Assembly (NCBI RefSeq): GCF_003918875.1
Contig: NW_025765403.1
Span: 1,364,001 to 1,428,000 of the forward strand
Direction of reading: 5' to 3'
DNA length: 64,000 nucleotides
Origin: Haliotis rubra
Lineage: Eukaryota
Below are positions 1-13,464 of the stretch, in pieces. Position numbers and translations under genes: made by a program. The notes beneath the pieces were generated by a model that made no database searches, was not told the DNA's origin, and saw only the letters and a list, made by a program, of their open reading frames with translations. Within the stretch, counting starts at the first letter, position 1; each line of letters begins with the position of its first letter.

Positions 1-830
1 AAATGTCAACATGGGGTCGAGACTTCCTCTTCCATGTGCGCATGCTCAAAATCGAAGTTGCAGGCTCGCCGTTTTTTTATGCAGTTTTAGTGATTTAAAG
101 TTGCCGTTTTTACTGTTTCAGTAGTGAGGTATTATGTTTATGTTGCTATTTCCACGATTAATGTGGGCTTTTCTGCGTTTTTCTGCACAGTGGGAAAGTT
201 TTCTTTGGTAGGCCTGTTTCTGGTGTTCCCCATCATGTTATAGTTGGAATATTGCTAAAAGCATCTTAAAACCCAACTAACTGACTTCATTCATGACTGG
301 TTCACTCGCCTATTCACTCATATTCACCTCATCTCGCCTCACCTCACTCATTCACTTAACTCACCCAGCTGACCTCACTCACTCACTCACCCACCTCACC
401 TGACGTTAACCCACCCACTCACTCACTCACTCAACAACCCATCCACCCACTCAATCACTCGCCTAGATACATGTGTTGCATCACGTTAGGGCTCGCACAC
501 TAGTTGCACAATAGTCTGCCTCACAGTCACCGAACCACATTATTTTCCGTAATGCCTAGCCCTCCCTGCAATCCTAAAGCCCTATATGAACCAAGTCTAG
601 ATTTCCCCAGGTTGAGGCCGAATCTCCCAACTCACTGGGGCTCCTTTTCAACTTAAATGGGTTTATTTGCTACCATCAAAATTATATATATTCAGGGACT
701 AAGCGTTAGTCTAGTTGCACAACTACAATACTATCCGTACCTTTCTAAACAGGTCCCTAAACTTGCTTCTGAGGTCAAGGATATTACATACCTTGCTTAG
801 CGAATGAAGCATATATGTATCTATGTTTAT

Positions 831-1705
831 GGGAACTAGTCAAATGGGCCGAAGGACAAAAGGGCCGAGAAGTGCCAAGTCAAAAGGGCCGATGGAAAAA
901 GTCAAAAGGGCCGAGATGAAAGTCAAATGGGCCGTGACAAAAAGTCAAAAGGGCCTTATTCCTAGTCATATGGGCCGAACAGAAAACAAGTTTAGAAAGG
1001 TTTAACATTATTTATTGACACATATAGCATTGAAACATAATATCATCATAACATTAATGAAAGGTAAGAAGGTAAGAACTACATAGTTGGTTGTTTTTTC
1101 TGTTGACAATATTCTGTTGGCAGAAATAATTTTAGTTTGTGTTTTGTTACTAGCTGTTTGGACGAGAGAATCTAGTTGTTGTTGTGTTATTTTAGGGTCT
1201 AGTTGTATAACCCCTTTTATTTGTTGAGTCCAGTTAGGTGTTACAACTTTAACTGGGATATTGATTTTGTTTTGCTCTGTAGTTTGGTTCATAAGCTTTT
1301 TGTGTGAACTGGATGAGATGTCCATGTCATTTGAAGTGAGTTCATTAGTTAAGACACTGAGTCGAGATACCTTACAATAAAAATGTTAAGACTCCCATGT
1401 TTTAATTAGATTTGGATTAAAAACTTACAACAAAAACAAACATCCCATACGGATTAGTCATGACACTAAGTCAAGACACTTCACAATGAAAACATTTGAG
1501 TCTCATGTTCAAATTCCATTTAAAATAACAACAACAAACTAAACACTATTTACACTATTTTACAATTTACTTTATTACATTTTTATTTTTCGGCCCTTTT
1601 TCCGGCCTCTTTAACTTTTCATTTCGGCCCATTTGACTTTTAGCCTCGGCCCTTTTGACTGTTTTTTTCGCCCCTTTTGTCCTTCGGCCCTTTTGACTAC
1701 AACCC
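831..1705. mobile_element. Non-autonomous DNA transposon (Merlin/MULE-like) with subterminal AAAAGGGCCGA repeats
   Basis: Imperfect TIRs GGGAACTAGTCAAA / TTTTGACTACAACCC; perfect 8-bp TSD ATGTTTAT (823-830, 1706-1713). Confidence 0.75.
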
Positions 1706-1942
1706 ATGTTTATTACCTACAAGGGCAAAAATACCGGGGTTCATATTTTTCATACGATGCCCTAGGGCAAAATATCACTTTGTCATGGTGACGTGACGTC
1801 ATGAACAATGCTATGACGTCACGTTTCTTCTATGACGTTGTGTTCTACATAGGCAACGGCAGGTAGCTAGCCTATGTTTGAAAGTAGATTTGGGTGTATT
1901 TTCCCAATTTGACGACTTCGGTAATAAACACAATATTGTATT

Positions 1943-2062
1943 CATGCCGATATCATACTATGTTTACGACACTCATGCCTAAATATCGGTATACCCCTCG
2001 CTCTCGCTCGGAAAATACCAATATTTAGGCACTCGGGTCGTAAACATAGTATGACATGGGCA
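1943..2062. repeat. Palindromic (hairpin) element
   Basis: catactatgtttacgac...gcctaaatat arm mirrored by atatttaggc...gtcgtaaacatagtatg around a CCCTCGCTCTCGCTCGG centre. Confidence 0.7.
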
Positions 2063-2499
2063 CTCATATCAATATCCTCTATATATGCAATGCCATAATA
2101 GACACAATTACACATGACATTGTGTTCAGGGACAACTTGCTTCAATAAAAGTACCATTTAGAGACATTACAAGCCGATTATGTCTCCGAACAATGTTTCC
2201 CACATTGAAAGGCATGATTCACTCAGACTTACGAACAGTAGTGAGTCACCACAGGTTGAATCTTTTCTTACAACTCCTTTCAAAGTGGTTGCTAAACCTG
2301 TTGATTTTTTACTTACTGAAACATTCGTCATTTGAAATCTGTGTGTAGATAGCAACAACATTGCAAGAGCACTCAAAAGGAAATGACAGCTCTAGATCAG
2401 CTGACCGAGAGCCCATTCATTTCAACTAGGGCCCTGAATGTGGATAGGTAATCTTTTATCAATGTTGACAGCACAGGTGACCTTTCAACCCTTGTTAGC

Positions 2500-3320
2500 A
2501 GCTCCATGAATGGGCCAATTGAAGCTGTGATACTTGCTTATGCATAGGTCAGTTACTTGTAAATGAAACTTGCTCATTTCAGTTTCAAAATAAACCTCCA
2601 AGTGATATATGTCCAGACAGAGGTGTGTATTTCTCTGTACTTGTAAGTGAAACTTGTTAATTTCAAGACAAGTTTCCAATCTATCTCTATGAGCTGTTAG
2701 AAAAGAGGTGTACATTTCTCAGTACATTGAAGTGAACCTTGTTAATTTCATCGTGACAGTTAAGTATCTAATAGCTCTCAGTGAGCTGTGATATTTGTAC
2801 ATGTACTGTTTACAAATGTAACCATTCATTTCACAACGCCTATTAGGTCACAGATCTCAGTCAGGTGTGACGTGTCTTATGTGTTTGGGTGCACATGTAC
2901 TTGTTTACATGTGTAACTTGTTCATTTCACTGTGACAATTAAGCCTGCATAATATCTCAATGACTCACAATGTTTTATGTATGATAAGGAGTATATGTAC
3001 TTCTTTATATAAGTCGGTAATAGATCTCTGTAACCTGTCATGCTTGTTAATGTGTATATGTGTTCTTGTTTATAATTGTATTGTTCATTTCACTATTGAC
3101 ATTTATAATTGTATTGTTCGTTTGACATTGAAGTCTACTATTGACACTGAAGTCTCCAATATCTCAGTGAGCTATCGGTGTTTATTAGTTGTTAAGGTAT
3201 ATATTTGTTTATTATATTGTTAAGGTATATATTTGTTTCATATATTGTTCGTTTCAGTATTGACAATGAAGTCTCCAAGAAATCTCAGTGAGCTATGGTG
3301 TTTGTTTGGGTGAACATGAA
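2500..3320. repeat. Degenerate tandem repeat (~120-bp period)
   Basis: Recurring gaaacttgttaatttca / tctcagtgagctgtg motifs. Confidence 0.5.
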
Positions 3321-4369
3321 CTTGAAAGCTGATTTCATTACCACTCAGTCAGTTATTCTTATTATAACTATTTGTCATGTACATGTGAACATTTCTGTCA
3401 TGTCAAACTGAAACTGACACTTACACAGGATCAAACCTTACATCCAACAACACCCAATTTGGGAATTCAAACAGTTGGGTATTTTAGATCTTAAAAAATT
3501 GATTGTTGTTTCAGCAGTCTCATTAATTCACAAGATAATCACACTAATGATACATCAAAGGACAAAATAGACACTGGGATGCTGACTGCTGATACAGGAG
3601 GCAGGAGCATGTCATATCTCGTGATCTGAATCTGAAGAAGAATTGAAATGATGCTCACACACAAGAAAGATTTACACTGCCTTTGTATAACTGCAAACTC
3701 AGATCAAAAACATTTACATTCTTCCCTTGACATGTGTGTTCATTTTCCTTGATATCAACGACATTGTTACAGTTTTGTTATGGTGTCGATTGCAAAACGT
3801 TGACCTCACACGTTTCATTCTTGATAAAACTAATAAATAGCTTTCTGGTATAGTTCAAGTGTCTCACACACAACATGCCCTCTGTTCCTGTGTTCAAAAA
3901 AACTTTCGTTCCCACACACACATCCTTAAATATCTTCCTCCGCAGCTATGCAGTTTTGAAACGAACACCCTGACAATCACTTCTGTGTTGATCAGTAAAC
4001 ACAATTGGAACCTCCCTGATAATGCAATCTGTGAAAGGTCTGTAGTCTGAAACCCAGAGGTTAAAGATTACCCTGTGAAATGTACGAGCAAGAAGTGTTG
4101 CACATATCACTGCAGGCAACCTGGAGCTATGTCCAATTAGAAGGGATGAAATCGACATGCAATGTCTTTATCAGTCAGCACTGAAATGGAATACACTACC
4201 TGCCTCTTCATCAGTACAGGGAGGGTTATTTAACTACCCTCAGAGTAACGGAAGCATAACAATCTTGATAAGGGACCACCCAAAGATGTGCCTGTTTTAG
4301 TAGTAGAATTGTAGAGTTGGTTGAACTGTGCTGCTAAATTTCATTGCATATGTTAATTTGCTCTATATA

Positions 4370-4497
4370 TGTACTCAACAAAAATGTTAAAGACCACCTC
4401 AATATTAAATATTTAAGTATGATATCGATCATAATATGAACTTTTAAATACTTTAATATTGAAAACTGGGGTGGTGTTTAACTTTTTGTTGAGTATA
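4370..4497. mobile_element. Short Tc1/mariner-type MITE
   Basis: TIRs tactcaacaaaaatgttaaagaccacc / ggtggtgtttaactttttgttgagta in TA context. Confidence 0.6.
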
Positions 4498-4944
4498 TGT
4501 GGAACCAGGTTCCGATATCTGATAATGCTACATTTATAACTAGTGTCCTCAAAACTGTTGTGATCAGGTTCCAATATTGAAGAGAGAGTGAGTTTAGTTT
4601 TACGCCACACACAGCAATATTCCAGCCATCTAGAAGTAATCAAATTTCACCCTAAAATGCAGTGAAATCTCTATTGTCATGACATTGTTGGTTTTAACAT
4701 TAAACGTATCTCAAGTTTCATCTCAACATATAACAAGTCTAATATAACATGCTTGTCATCTTTTTTGGCACCAAATAATTGCTCTTTTTTCAAAATTATA
4801 TTGAAACATGTGCAAGATGTCAAAAGGTCATCACTGATTATCATAATGACATTATTTCAGCTTCATCATCATCATCAGCATGAGACAGCATGTACGCCAA
4901 CTGTGACACAAGATATGCTGCTGATTATGTCTATACACGATAAC

Positions 4945-5088
4945 AGCCACAAGAGACTGACTGTACCATGGCCTGTCTGAATGACCCAGGGAAGCCACAA
5001 GAGACTGACTGTACCATGGCCTGTCTGAATGACCCAGGGAAGCCACAAGAGACAGACTGTACCATGGCCTGTCTGAATGACCCAGGGA
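4945..5088. repeat. 47-bp tandem repeat x3
   Basis: agccacaagagactgactgtaccatggcctgtctgaatgacccaggga repeated three times. Confidence 0.9.
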
Positions 5089-5174
5089 ACACATAAAAAC
5101 AAGTCCAGATCATATGTAGAATATTTGATTGATAAACTGATTGCATCAACTTTCCAGAACTTAAGATCTGTTCC

Positions 5175-5520
5175 TTTGGATTGCATTTTGTCTTTTTTCA
5201 AGATATATGTTTTCAAATAAGATAATTTTATTGCAGGGACTATATATATATGAAATATATTTAAAAAAATATTGCAGGGACCATATGAAATATACAACAG
5301 AGTCATGTTCATGTTTGGAATGATTGAGCAAGTCTACATTGTTTTAACGTGAAATGAGGGGTGGTGGCAGGCTTTTTGGATTGTATTTTGTCTTTTATTC
5401 AGATATGTGTTTTTAAATAAGATAGTTTTATTGTAGGGATTAAATGCCAGTCTAACTGTACCAGGCAGAATAAATATATAACAGAGTCATGTTCATGTTT
5501 GGAATGATTGAGCAAGTTTA
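5175..5520. repeat. Imperfect ~200-bp direct duplication
   Basis: ttggattg(c/t)attttgtc...acagagtcatgttcatgtttggaatgattgagcaag occurs twice. Confidence 0.75.
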
Positions 5521-5799
5521 GATTACATCAAGTCTCTTCAAATAAAGGATTGTTCTGGGCTATTTGAATATATTCAAATTCTTTTCGTAGATATATATTT
5601 CTAAACAACATAATTATATTAGTGGTACAAAAGGACAGTCTGTACCAGACACTTGTCCAACACATACTAGTTTATTCCGATCAGAGTGTTGATGTCAAAC
5701 ACATCAGCACTGATCTCTTTGATGTCTTTTCTCCGACTGTAATGAACATAGTAACTACATCTAGTAGCTCCCTGGTGGTTGAGTGTCGACAGTGACGTG

Positions 5800-6150
5800 T
5801 GATGTACTTAGCATGTTCATATCAACCAATGCCAGAGGGATCTCAAGGAGGGCCAGTGGTAGCTGGTTCCATGATTGCTGTACAATGTACTTAGCATGTC
5901 AATATCAACTATTAGGAAACTGAGATGACCCACTGAGATGGACTGGGAAATTGACAAGTGGTGCACTTAGCATGTCTATTGCAATAAGAGATGTTTGACA
6001 AGTCTGCAGCCATGACTCTGGATCAGATGAAAGTGAGGTTGTAATGTTGTGTACTTAGCATGTCACTTTCAATAACCTGCACACAAGCATCACCGGTATA
6101 GCCTGTGTAGCTATAATGGGAACAGGTATTTAGCATGTTAATTTCAATCA
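5800..6150. repeat. Degenerate ~80-bp tandem repeat
   Basis: About five spaced copies of (g)tacttagcatgt. Confidence 0.6.
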
Positions 6151-6253
6151 TTTACAGATGGATGTATGAGGAAGCAGTAACTCAGGTAGACCAGTCACAT
6201 GTGCCTTTTGAAGGATGTACATGGTATTCATAGACTAACGCTTAGTCTCTGAG

Positions 6254-6407
6254 TGGCAGTGGGGTAGCCTAGTGGTTAAAGTGTTTGCTTGTCACGCCGA
6301 AGACCCGATTCCCCACATGGGTACAATGTGTGAGGCGCATTTCTGGTGTCCCCCCGCCGTGATATTGCTGGAATATTGCTAAAAGCAGCATAAAACAAAA
6401 CTCACTT
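6254..6407 (+). mobile_element. tRNA-derived SINE family A
   Basis: A-box gtagcctagtggttaaag, body cccacatgggtacaatgtgtga...tttctggtgtcccc, tail gctggaatattgctaaaagc...aactcact. Confidence 0.85.
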
Positions 6408-7277
6408 AATTTCCATAGAGACAAACAATTCCTTTTAAATTGAAAAGCAGCCCCAGGGTGATGGGACCTTGAACCTCGGGACTTCATTCATTTAGGGTTT
6501 TAGCATTGCAGAAAAGGCTCAAAATGATATGGTTCAGGAACTGTGAGACACACTTAATAAGGTTTTCATGGGTAGGGATGCTTGCTATCTCTGAGATGAC
6601 CAAGGGCTACTGAGTCAGACTGTGGTTGTGTGGTAATCAGGATGCTTGTTCATAGCTGTCACTCAAACTGAGTCTCCAGCAAAGACCCTATCTCTTACTG
6701 ATAGAACTGTCACAGCTGAGATGTCTATATCAGACCCATGGGGCTCGGAGATTGTGTCATGGTAGGGCTTTGAGTACACCTCCAAATGAGGCTGAAAGGA
6801 GTCATTGTCGTCGCTGGTACTATAGATATGTACCCCAGGTACACAGAAATGCACCCAAAACAGAGTCAACATACAGAAACATGCCTGGTTCCTTAAACGG
6901 GCGATAAGTCCATATGACACAACACAAAACCAAGACGTAGAGAGTTGCTCACATTCAGCTGATTGCAATTGGCATTGTGCATCGCAAAATATTTGATGCT
7001 CTGTTTGCTCAAATCTTTTGTAACATAATAAAACGCATCTAATACAACAGTATGTCAGTTCCCATCAAGAAAACGGCACAATGCAGAATGGTTTCATCAG
7101 AGGGTATGTTTCTGTATTCTGATTTTGGCTTGGGGTACATTACTGTATGCAGAAACATACCTGAAATACACATCTGTAGTACCCATGCCAACAACAAGCC
7201 CCTCAGCCAAAATAACATTGTTTGTCATGATTCATGGTATCTATTCACTGATGCTGTTATTTCTCTCTTCTCGTCAA

Positions 7278-7482
7278 GGTCCGGGTTAGAATGAGCCTTC
7301 AGTGACCCATGCTTGTCGTAAGAGGCGACTAACCGGATCGGTAGGTCAGGCTCGCTGGCTTGGTTGACACATGTCACCGGTTCCCAATTGCGCAGATCGA
7401 TGGATTGTCTGGTCCAGACTTGATTATTTACAGAACGCTTCCATATTGCTGAGTGCAGCGTAAAACTAAACTCACTCACTCT
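7278..7482 (+). mobile_element. SINE family B (Meta-domain-like core tgtcgtaagaggcgacta)
   Basis: Matches the copies at 13465, 16205, 16612, 25302 and 49600; shares the 3' tail of family A. Confidence 0.75.
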
Positions 7483-7488
7483 TCATAG

Positions 7489-7655
7489 AGGGGTGGTGGG
7501 GTAGCCTAGTGGTAAAAGCATTCGCTTGTCACGCCGAAGACCCGGGTTCGGTTCCATACATTTGTACAATGTGAAGCCCATTTCTGGTGTTCCCCACCGT
7601 GATATTGCTGGAATATTGCTAAAAGTGGCATAATACTGAACACACTCACTCACTC
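7489..7655 (+). mobile_element. SINE family A
   Basis: Full head with B-box gggttcggttcc and (tcac)n tail. Confidence 0.85.
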
Positions 7656-8067
7656 TTTCTACACAGAAGGGGACTAATGAACATCCATAACAGTATTGTA
7701 TTTTAGGGTTAGTCACTGAGTATTGTAACACTGTTTTAGATTGTATGTAAAGAATAGTCCTATCTTAAGCTTGACATAATCAGCAGGTAGAAAGGGTATG
7801 TGAAAAATAGTCATGGTCACTTATACCAACTGGAATTCAATCAATGCTCTGCTTTCAGTGAACTCAATCTCAGTGGGTTAAATCCTCCTGTAGTAATGCT
7901 TAAATGCTGGTAAAAGTTCACAAGAATCTGTGAGATAAAATGTGACTTCAGAAAATGAAATATTTTCTTTGATTTTGTCTATGATATATTGAAAGAAACC
8001 ATGACAAAAATAAACATTTATGCATTTTTTTTCAATTCAGAGACTTAACGTTCAACTTACAGTGAAT

Positions 8068-8229
8068 ATGAGTGAGTTTAGTTTTATGTCTCTTTTAGCA
8101 ATATTCCAGCAATATCATGGCAGGGGACACCAGAAATGGGCTTCATCCACTTACATATGTTGGGGGTCGAACCCGATCTTCGGCATGATGAGCCAACGCT
8201 TTAACCACTAAGCTACTCCACCACCCCTC
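8068..8229 (-). mobile_element. SINE family A
   Basis: Reverse complement of the family A consensus. Confidence 0.8.
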
Positions 8230-8231
8230 AA

Positions 8232-8335
8232 CTAACAGAACACCTTCCCAGCACCATCAATGTTACACACTGTTTTTACCACCCCTCAAATAACAGAACA
8301 CCTTCCCAGCACCATCAATGTTACACACTGTTTCT
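8232..8335. repeat. 59-bp tandem duplication
   Basis: taacagaacaccttcccagcaccatcaatgttacacactgttt x2. Confidence 0.85.
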
Positions 8336-8961
8336 TCCAACTTAATCTCTCTTACAGATCCCAGAGTAAATATTTAATTAACCATTCACACCCACTTCAT
8401 TCCTATCCCTCTTCAGCTTTAGTTGACTAAGAGACTTGAGATTTCTCATGTATCTGTGTTTCCCATGTTTGCTACTTAACCTTGTACATAACTTTATTTC
8501 AGGGACTGTTGTCAAGTCTGTTTCCAGGAACCAATCCCTACAGAAACTTGGAAACCATCACAGACTGAATTCCTGTCCAGTAACACAGCTAATCCTCCCC
8601 ACCATTGACCTCAGGCTCCCTGGTCCCCCTCTTGTTTCCTGCTAACCTTTTGTCCAGGGACTGACCAGTGGTCAAGAGGTCGTGTGTTTCACCAGCAGCG
8701 ATTACTGTGTTTACCACATGTCTGTGGAGAATGCATGCTACTGGGCAATAGCGGTGGTTAATGGGCATTATAGCACAGGGCTACAGCATGTGTGCTTTAA
8801 GTGAAATCAGTTTGAATGGGTTAAATCCTCTTGTAATCATCGTTAAACTAGGGTCACTGTTCATTGACCAGTCCAGCCTGATTACTAATCAGTAAGAATT
8901 AGATATACTATGAGACAACAGTCTCTCAAGCAAATGTACTGTAAAATGAACCACAAGCTGT

Positions 8962-9000
8962 AGTGAGTGAGTGAGTGAGTGAGTGAGTGAGTGAGTGAGT
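8962..9000. repeat. (GAGT)n microsatellite
   Basis: Direct reading. Confidence 0.9.
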
Positions 9001-9825
9001 CATGTTTTAAAAGGTGAAAAGTTATAGATGCCAACTTCTGTAACATGACGTTTCAGAATATATTCTCACTCCTTCATCAGTAGATTCTCTTCGTCAGTAT
9101 ACTAGTATTGAGTGAGTGAGTGAGTAACAATATACTCCAAAATGTTGTGTTCCTCATATTGCAGAGGTTCAAATCCATTAAGTTTCACCTTTATGTTAAT
9201 CACTTTATAATGCCAATAAAGAACATAATCAGAGGATATCTAGTTAGGTGCAATACTAGTAAGGAATTATATAAAATAATTATGACGGTAATCAATAGGA
9301 AGTGAATAAACATCTTTTAGAGGATATGCTTTTGTAGTGAAGGCAAAACTCAGTTTCATAACAAATATCCCCCAAATATACTACTCACACTTTGCTGAGG
9401 ATCACAAAAATTCCCAACATAGATTTAAAATTTGAAATTGTATCCATTTAAACTGGATAAATAATAATATTGTAAACCCTCATTAGGCAAACAGCCACTT
9501 TAATCTAACTTTATTTACTTGATACATGAGTAACCATAAAAATGGTTTTCATGGCACCAATCAACCATTTTCAAAATCATGGAACGAGTCATTGACAAGT
9601 ACACAACACCTGTCAATAGCAGGTATGGGATCCACAAGATGCAGTGACATACTGAAACCTGGGATCCATGCTTACAATAAGCTTAGACATTTAAACCAAA
9701 TTAGACCCCACATCATAGTTTTCTGTTGAATCAATGATTTGATCCTTAGCAAAGTGTGACTAGTACCTCATGATGCTCATACAGGTATAGTTGTAAGCTT
9801 GGACATGCCGTTCAGGACCTCATCT

Positions 9826-10174
9826 ACCGCCTCTGTGGTGTAGTGGTTAGAGCGTCCGCCCAGAGAGTGTAAGGTCGCGGGTTCGATCCCCGACCGCGTC
9901 ATACCAAGAGACGTTACAATTTGGTACTTGTTGGTCCCTGTCTGGCGCTCGGCATTAATGGGTACAAAAGGACTGGTCGGCTCGGAGTCAGTATAATGTG
10001 TCTGAGTGGGGTATTCATGCTTCACTGCGGCATGGTATCTCAATGGGCTAGCACTATAAAACCAGCTTCAGTCTGGGCTAGTACAAGCAGCCGCACATAC
10101 ACATGCATGCATGTTGTCATATGAGCGAAATATTCTCAAGCACAACGTAAAACCCAATTTCACCTCACCTCACC
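9826..10174 (+). mobile_element. Full-length tRNA-derived SINE family C (V-domain-like core)
   Basis: tRNA head ggtgtagtggttagagcg...gggttcgatccc, core cgtcataccaagagac...tggcgctcggcattaa, (cacct)n tail; TSD tcaggacctc(a/g)tctac at 9812-9827 and 10175-10190. Confidence 0.85.
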
Positions 10175-11613
10175 TCAGGACCTCGTCTACTTGCACTCAT
10201 ATGAAGACAAAGTGAAAAAGAATACCTTATTTGAAGAATAGGATATGAAACAGAACAAAAAGACTCATTCTTTTGTTCGCTCTTATCAAACCTCTGCATT
10301 ATTTACAGCCTAGAGATACAGCAATCAGTCTAATCGTACTAATCATGTACACATGGAGGAAGGGTTTATCCTGCACAGAGCCACAGGCAAGTATTTAGAG
10401 GATTATGGTTCATATTTATACAGAGAAAGTCAGTCAATACATAAATTCCTGCTATCCCACCAGTGACGGCAATATCAATCTAATCAATCCTTGTTCATAT
10501 CAGTGCATCAATGTAATCACTAACGATTGCACATCAAAGTAAATATTAATGATATCATGTTATCAAGCTGATATATCATTAATGATATGTTTGGCCTACA
10601 CGCCATGTCCAGACTTGAATGTTCCTCATCAGCAAGTTTGTACACACTGTGGAAGCTATGATCAGAGCATATGACAGTCCCTGTTGTACATTGCATGTCA
10701 ATTTCAATACGGAAATGGACGACATTAAAGTTTCATGGGCACATCCCATCTCAGACTGCTGGCTACAGTAAGCTATCAATAAAATGAATAGGATGCATTT
10801 AGTTATTGACAAGAGCTCTGTTTTCTGCATCATTAATGATGGTTGCCCTCCTGCTGTGTTTGTGAATTTTGTTGCGTCAATATCATGTCAATCAACACAC
10901 AGCTAGCCCGGAATCCATGCTGAGGCACACAAGGGAGTTAAACACATGACAAGCTATTTCGTTTCTCACATTAAACAGGCAATTTTTATATCAGTTTCAA
11001 AATAGGAGGATATGGTTTCTGTAATTGAATTGATTGTCATTTAAGAAGTGCCTATCTGTTTGTTCAATTTTATGACAAAGGAATCAATAATGGATAGATA
11101 AAATAGTTGAACGAAGCCTGATGAAACGACCCAATGCTCAACGTTGAACAGCAAGGAAAGGGCACTTTGGACGGTAGCCTTGTTCCAAGGCTGTACTGAA
11201 GGCTAAACGCCCATGGGTGTATTGTAGTAATTCTACCCTTTAAAGAGGCAAGTCTAGATAAGTGGACAGTACTCTAAAGACACCAGTCTGATGGAGGGAC
11301 ATTTATATTTTTTAGAAATTATCATTTAAACTATTACTTATTACCTTAGAGACTTGTGCAAGTCTATTTGGACGGATTCAGAGTAAAGATCTACTAATGA
11401 AAGCGTGAGCTTAAGACTTAATGCTGCTCGGAGCTATATTCAAGAGAAACAAAGTAGGATTTACCAGAATTGGGTTCTACACAGTCTTAGTATCGTACCC
11501 CTTTGAGATTCTAGGTTAGCATTGGTTTCCAACCAATTGCTGGTTGTAAGATGTGATTTTGGGTGGTCAGTATTGGTCACTCAGTTCATTGTGTCGATCA
11601 GTGTCGATGTTAG

Positions 11614-12009
11614 TAGGGATGCCGCGATACATCGATACATCGATACTTCGATACTTTTTCTAAGAGAATACAATTATCGATACATGCAAAACTGTAGCGA
11701 TATTTATTTTGAAAGTATCGGTTTAAATATGTATCGTTTACATTTTGCAATTGTATGATGGTTTTGATGTTTATTATGAGAAGTATAGATGATTATGTTT
11801 CATGCACAAAAGCGGGAACTTAGATCTTTTTAATCTCTGAGGATAAAAAATGTTGACCTTTTCATGGACAATTGGAATATTAATGTTCAAAATGTAACTA
11901 AATTTATGCAATAATGCCGAGAAATTGGGTATCGTGAAACGTATCGAATCGTGACATGCGTATCGTAATAGGTATCGATTCATGAAACTTCTGTATCGTT
12001 ACATCCCTA
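11614..12009. mobile_element. hAT-type MITE (TAGGGATG...CATCCCTA) with cgatac subterminal repeats
   Basis: Terminal inverted repeats; multiple atcgatac / gtatcg motifs. Confidence 0.7.
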
Positions 12010-12741
12010 GATGCCATAACATTATCAACCGCTAGATTGTCTTAGCTGTTACTGACAATGGAATATAAGAACAAAACCAGTAAATACTTAAAATTACATT
12101 ACTGCATTAAATGCAAAGTTACAATACAATCTGAAAATCTGAAATAAGGAAAATAAAAGCTATGAAATCAAAATCTCAATTTGAAAAAATAATTTTCACA
12201 AACTCAATGTCAGTGCCAAGGGCATTTACAATGGCATTCAGTTTGGAATACCTGCTAAATCCTGCAGTGTTAAGCATTATATTTTCATATAAATAAACAT
12301 TCAAAACTGTGTAGCCATGGCAACAAGATATCAACATTTGTTAGTTATTACAAATGTTCCTATTTAATCAGTTGTACCTGCTAACCTCATACCTACCTCG
12401 GTCAAACCCATCTACAAGCTCAATCTCTGCTCACAATACAGCTTCTGTTCACTACTTATATATTTATGAATGATGTTCAGGTATATACTAGTATTATAAG
12501 CCATTAACATGGTGACTGCTTTGACAGGTGGTCACCTGTGACCAACTATAGAAATCAACAACAAAACATTACACCTGGCAGCATATATGTGTAACCTTCT
12601 TACCTGTAGGTATCCACAGTATATACAGCAATATGAAGGTTGTATGTATTTATCACTAAATGATGAAGAGGATCCTGATACTAGCCTCATCCACTACACT
12701 ACCTAACCCCATACTTAGTTTTCTGATAAATACAATCTGAC

Positions 12742-12917
12742 AGTGAGTGAGTATGATTTTGCGCCGCTTTTAGCAATATTCCAGCAAAATCACAACTGAT
12801 TACCGCCTCGGGGTTTACGCCAGAAATGGGGCTTCACACATAGTACCCATGTGATGAATCATATCAGGGTCTTCATCATGACAAGTGGATGCTTTAACTA
12901 GGTTACACCACCTCCCC
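12742..12917 (-). mobile_element. SINE family A (degenerate)
   Basis: gagtgagt...ttttagcaatattccagc...cagaaatggggcttcacaca. Confidence 0.75.
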
Positions 12918-13042
12918 ACATTCTCACAGAAAGAAATAAGTATACAAGCAAACCTGGTTAATCTGAACACACCAATTAAACTGTCCAGTATTACAAGTGT
13001 CCGGATTAACAAATAATGAATATATGGTAAATGTGTCTTTGA

Positions 13043-13403
13043 ATAGGCATCATTTTTTTTTCATGTGTTTCAAGTAGCCACCAAATTCTGAACATGGGTT
13101 GGTCGGTTGGGTTGGTCGGTCGGACAAAAAAACATACAAAAAAAAAACTTAAGAAAGACAAAATTATCTGAATAATGTTCTTGATTCTCATTTATTGTAA
13201 TTCTTATTACAATTTCTCGCATTCTTTGGACTTGTGGCAGCAACTGATTATAAGATAAACATTTTATATGACGAGGCGGTACGTTTTAGGTTTGAGTCAG
13301 TGGTGTTGGAATAAAAAACCACAACAGTTTTTTTGGGGGGTCGGCAATAAAAATAGAAGGGTCGGTCGGGCGATGAGAAACAGAAAAATTAAAAATGCTG
13401 CCC
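13043..13403. mobile_element. MITE with ggtcggtcgg subterminal motifs
   Basis: taggcatcattttt / aaaaatgctgccca imperfect TIRs and internal ggtcggtcgg boxes. Confidence 0.45.
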
Positions 13404-13464
13404 ATACACACATGTATATGCATGTAGACATTCCAATCTAATTTTCTGGTCAATACGTTCGTGC

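Noticed and set aside
4945-5088. Regular repeats resembling a CRISPR array
   Set aside because: Contiguous 47-bp tandem units with no unique spacers, no cas genes, and a eukaryotic context.
6663-6968. 101-aa minus-strand ORF as a possible LHFPL6 downstream exon
   Set aside because: No YPxGW or CxxGW motifs and no convincing splice sites.
9826-9900. tRNA gene candidate
   Set aside because: It continues into a SINE body and tail with TSDs, so it is a SINE head, not a tRNA. The same applies to family A heads.
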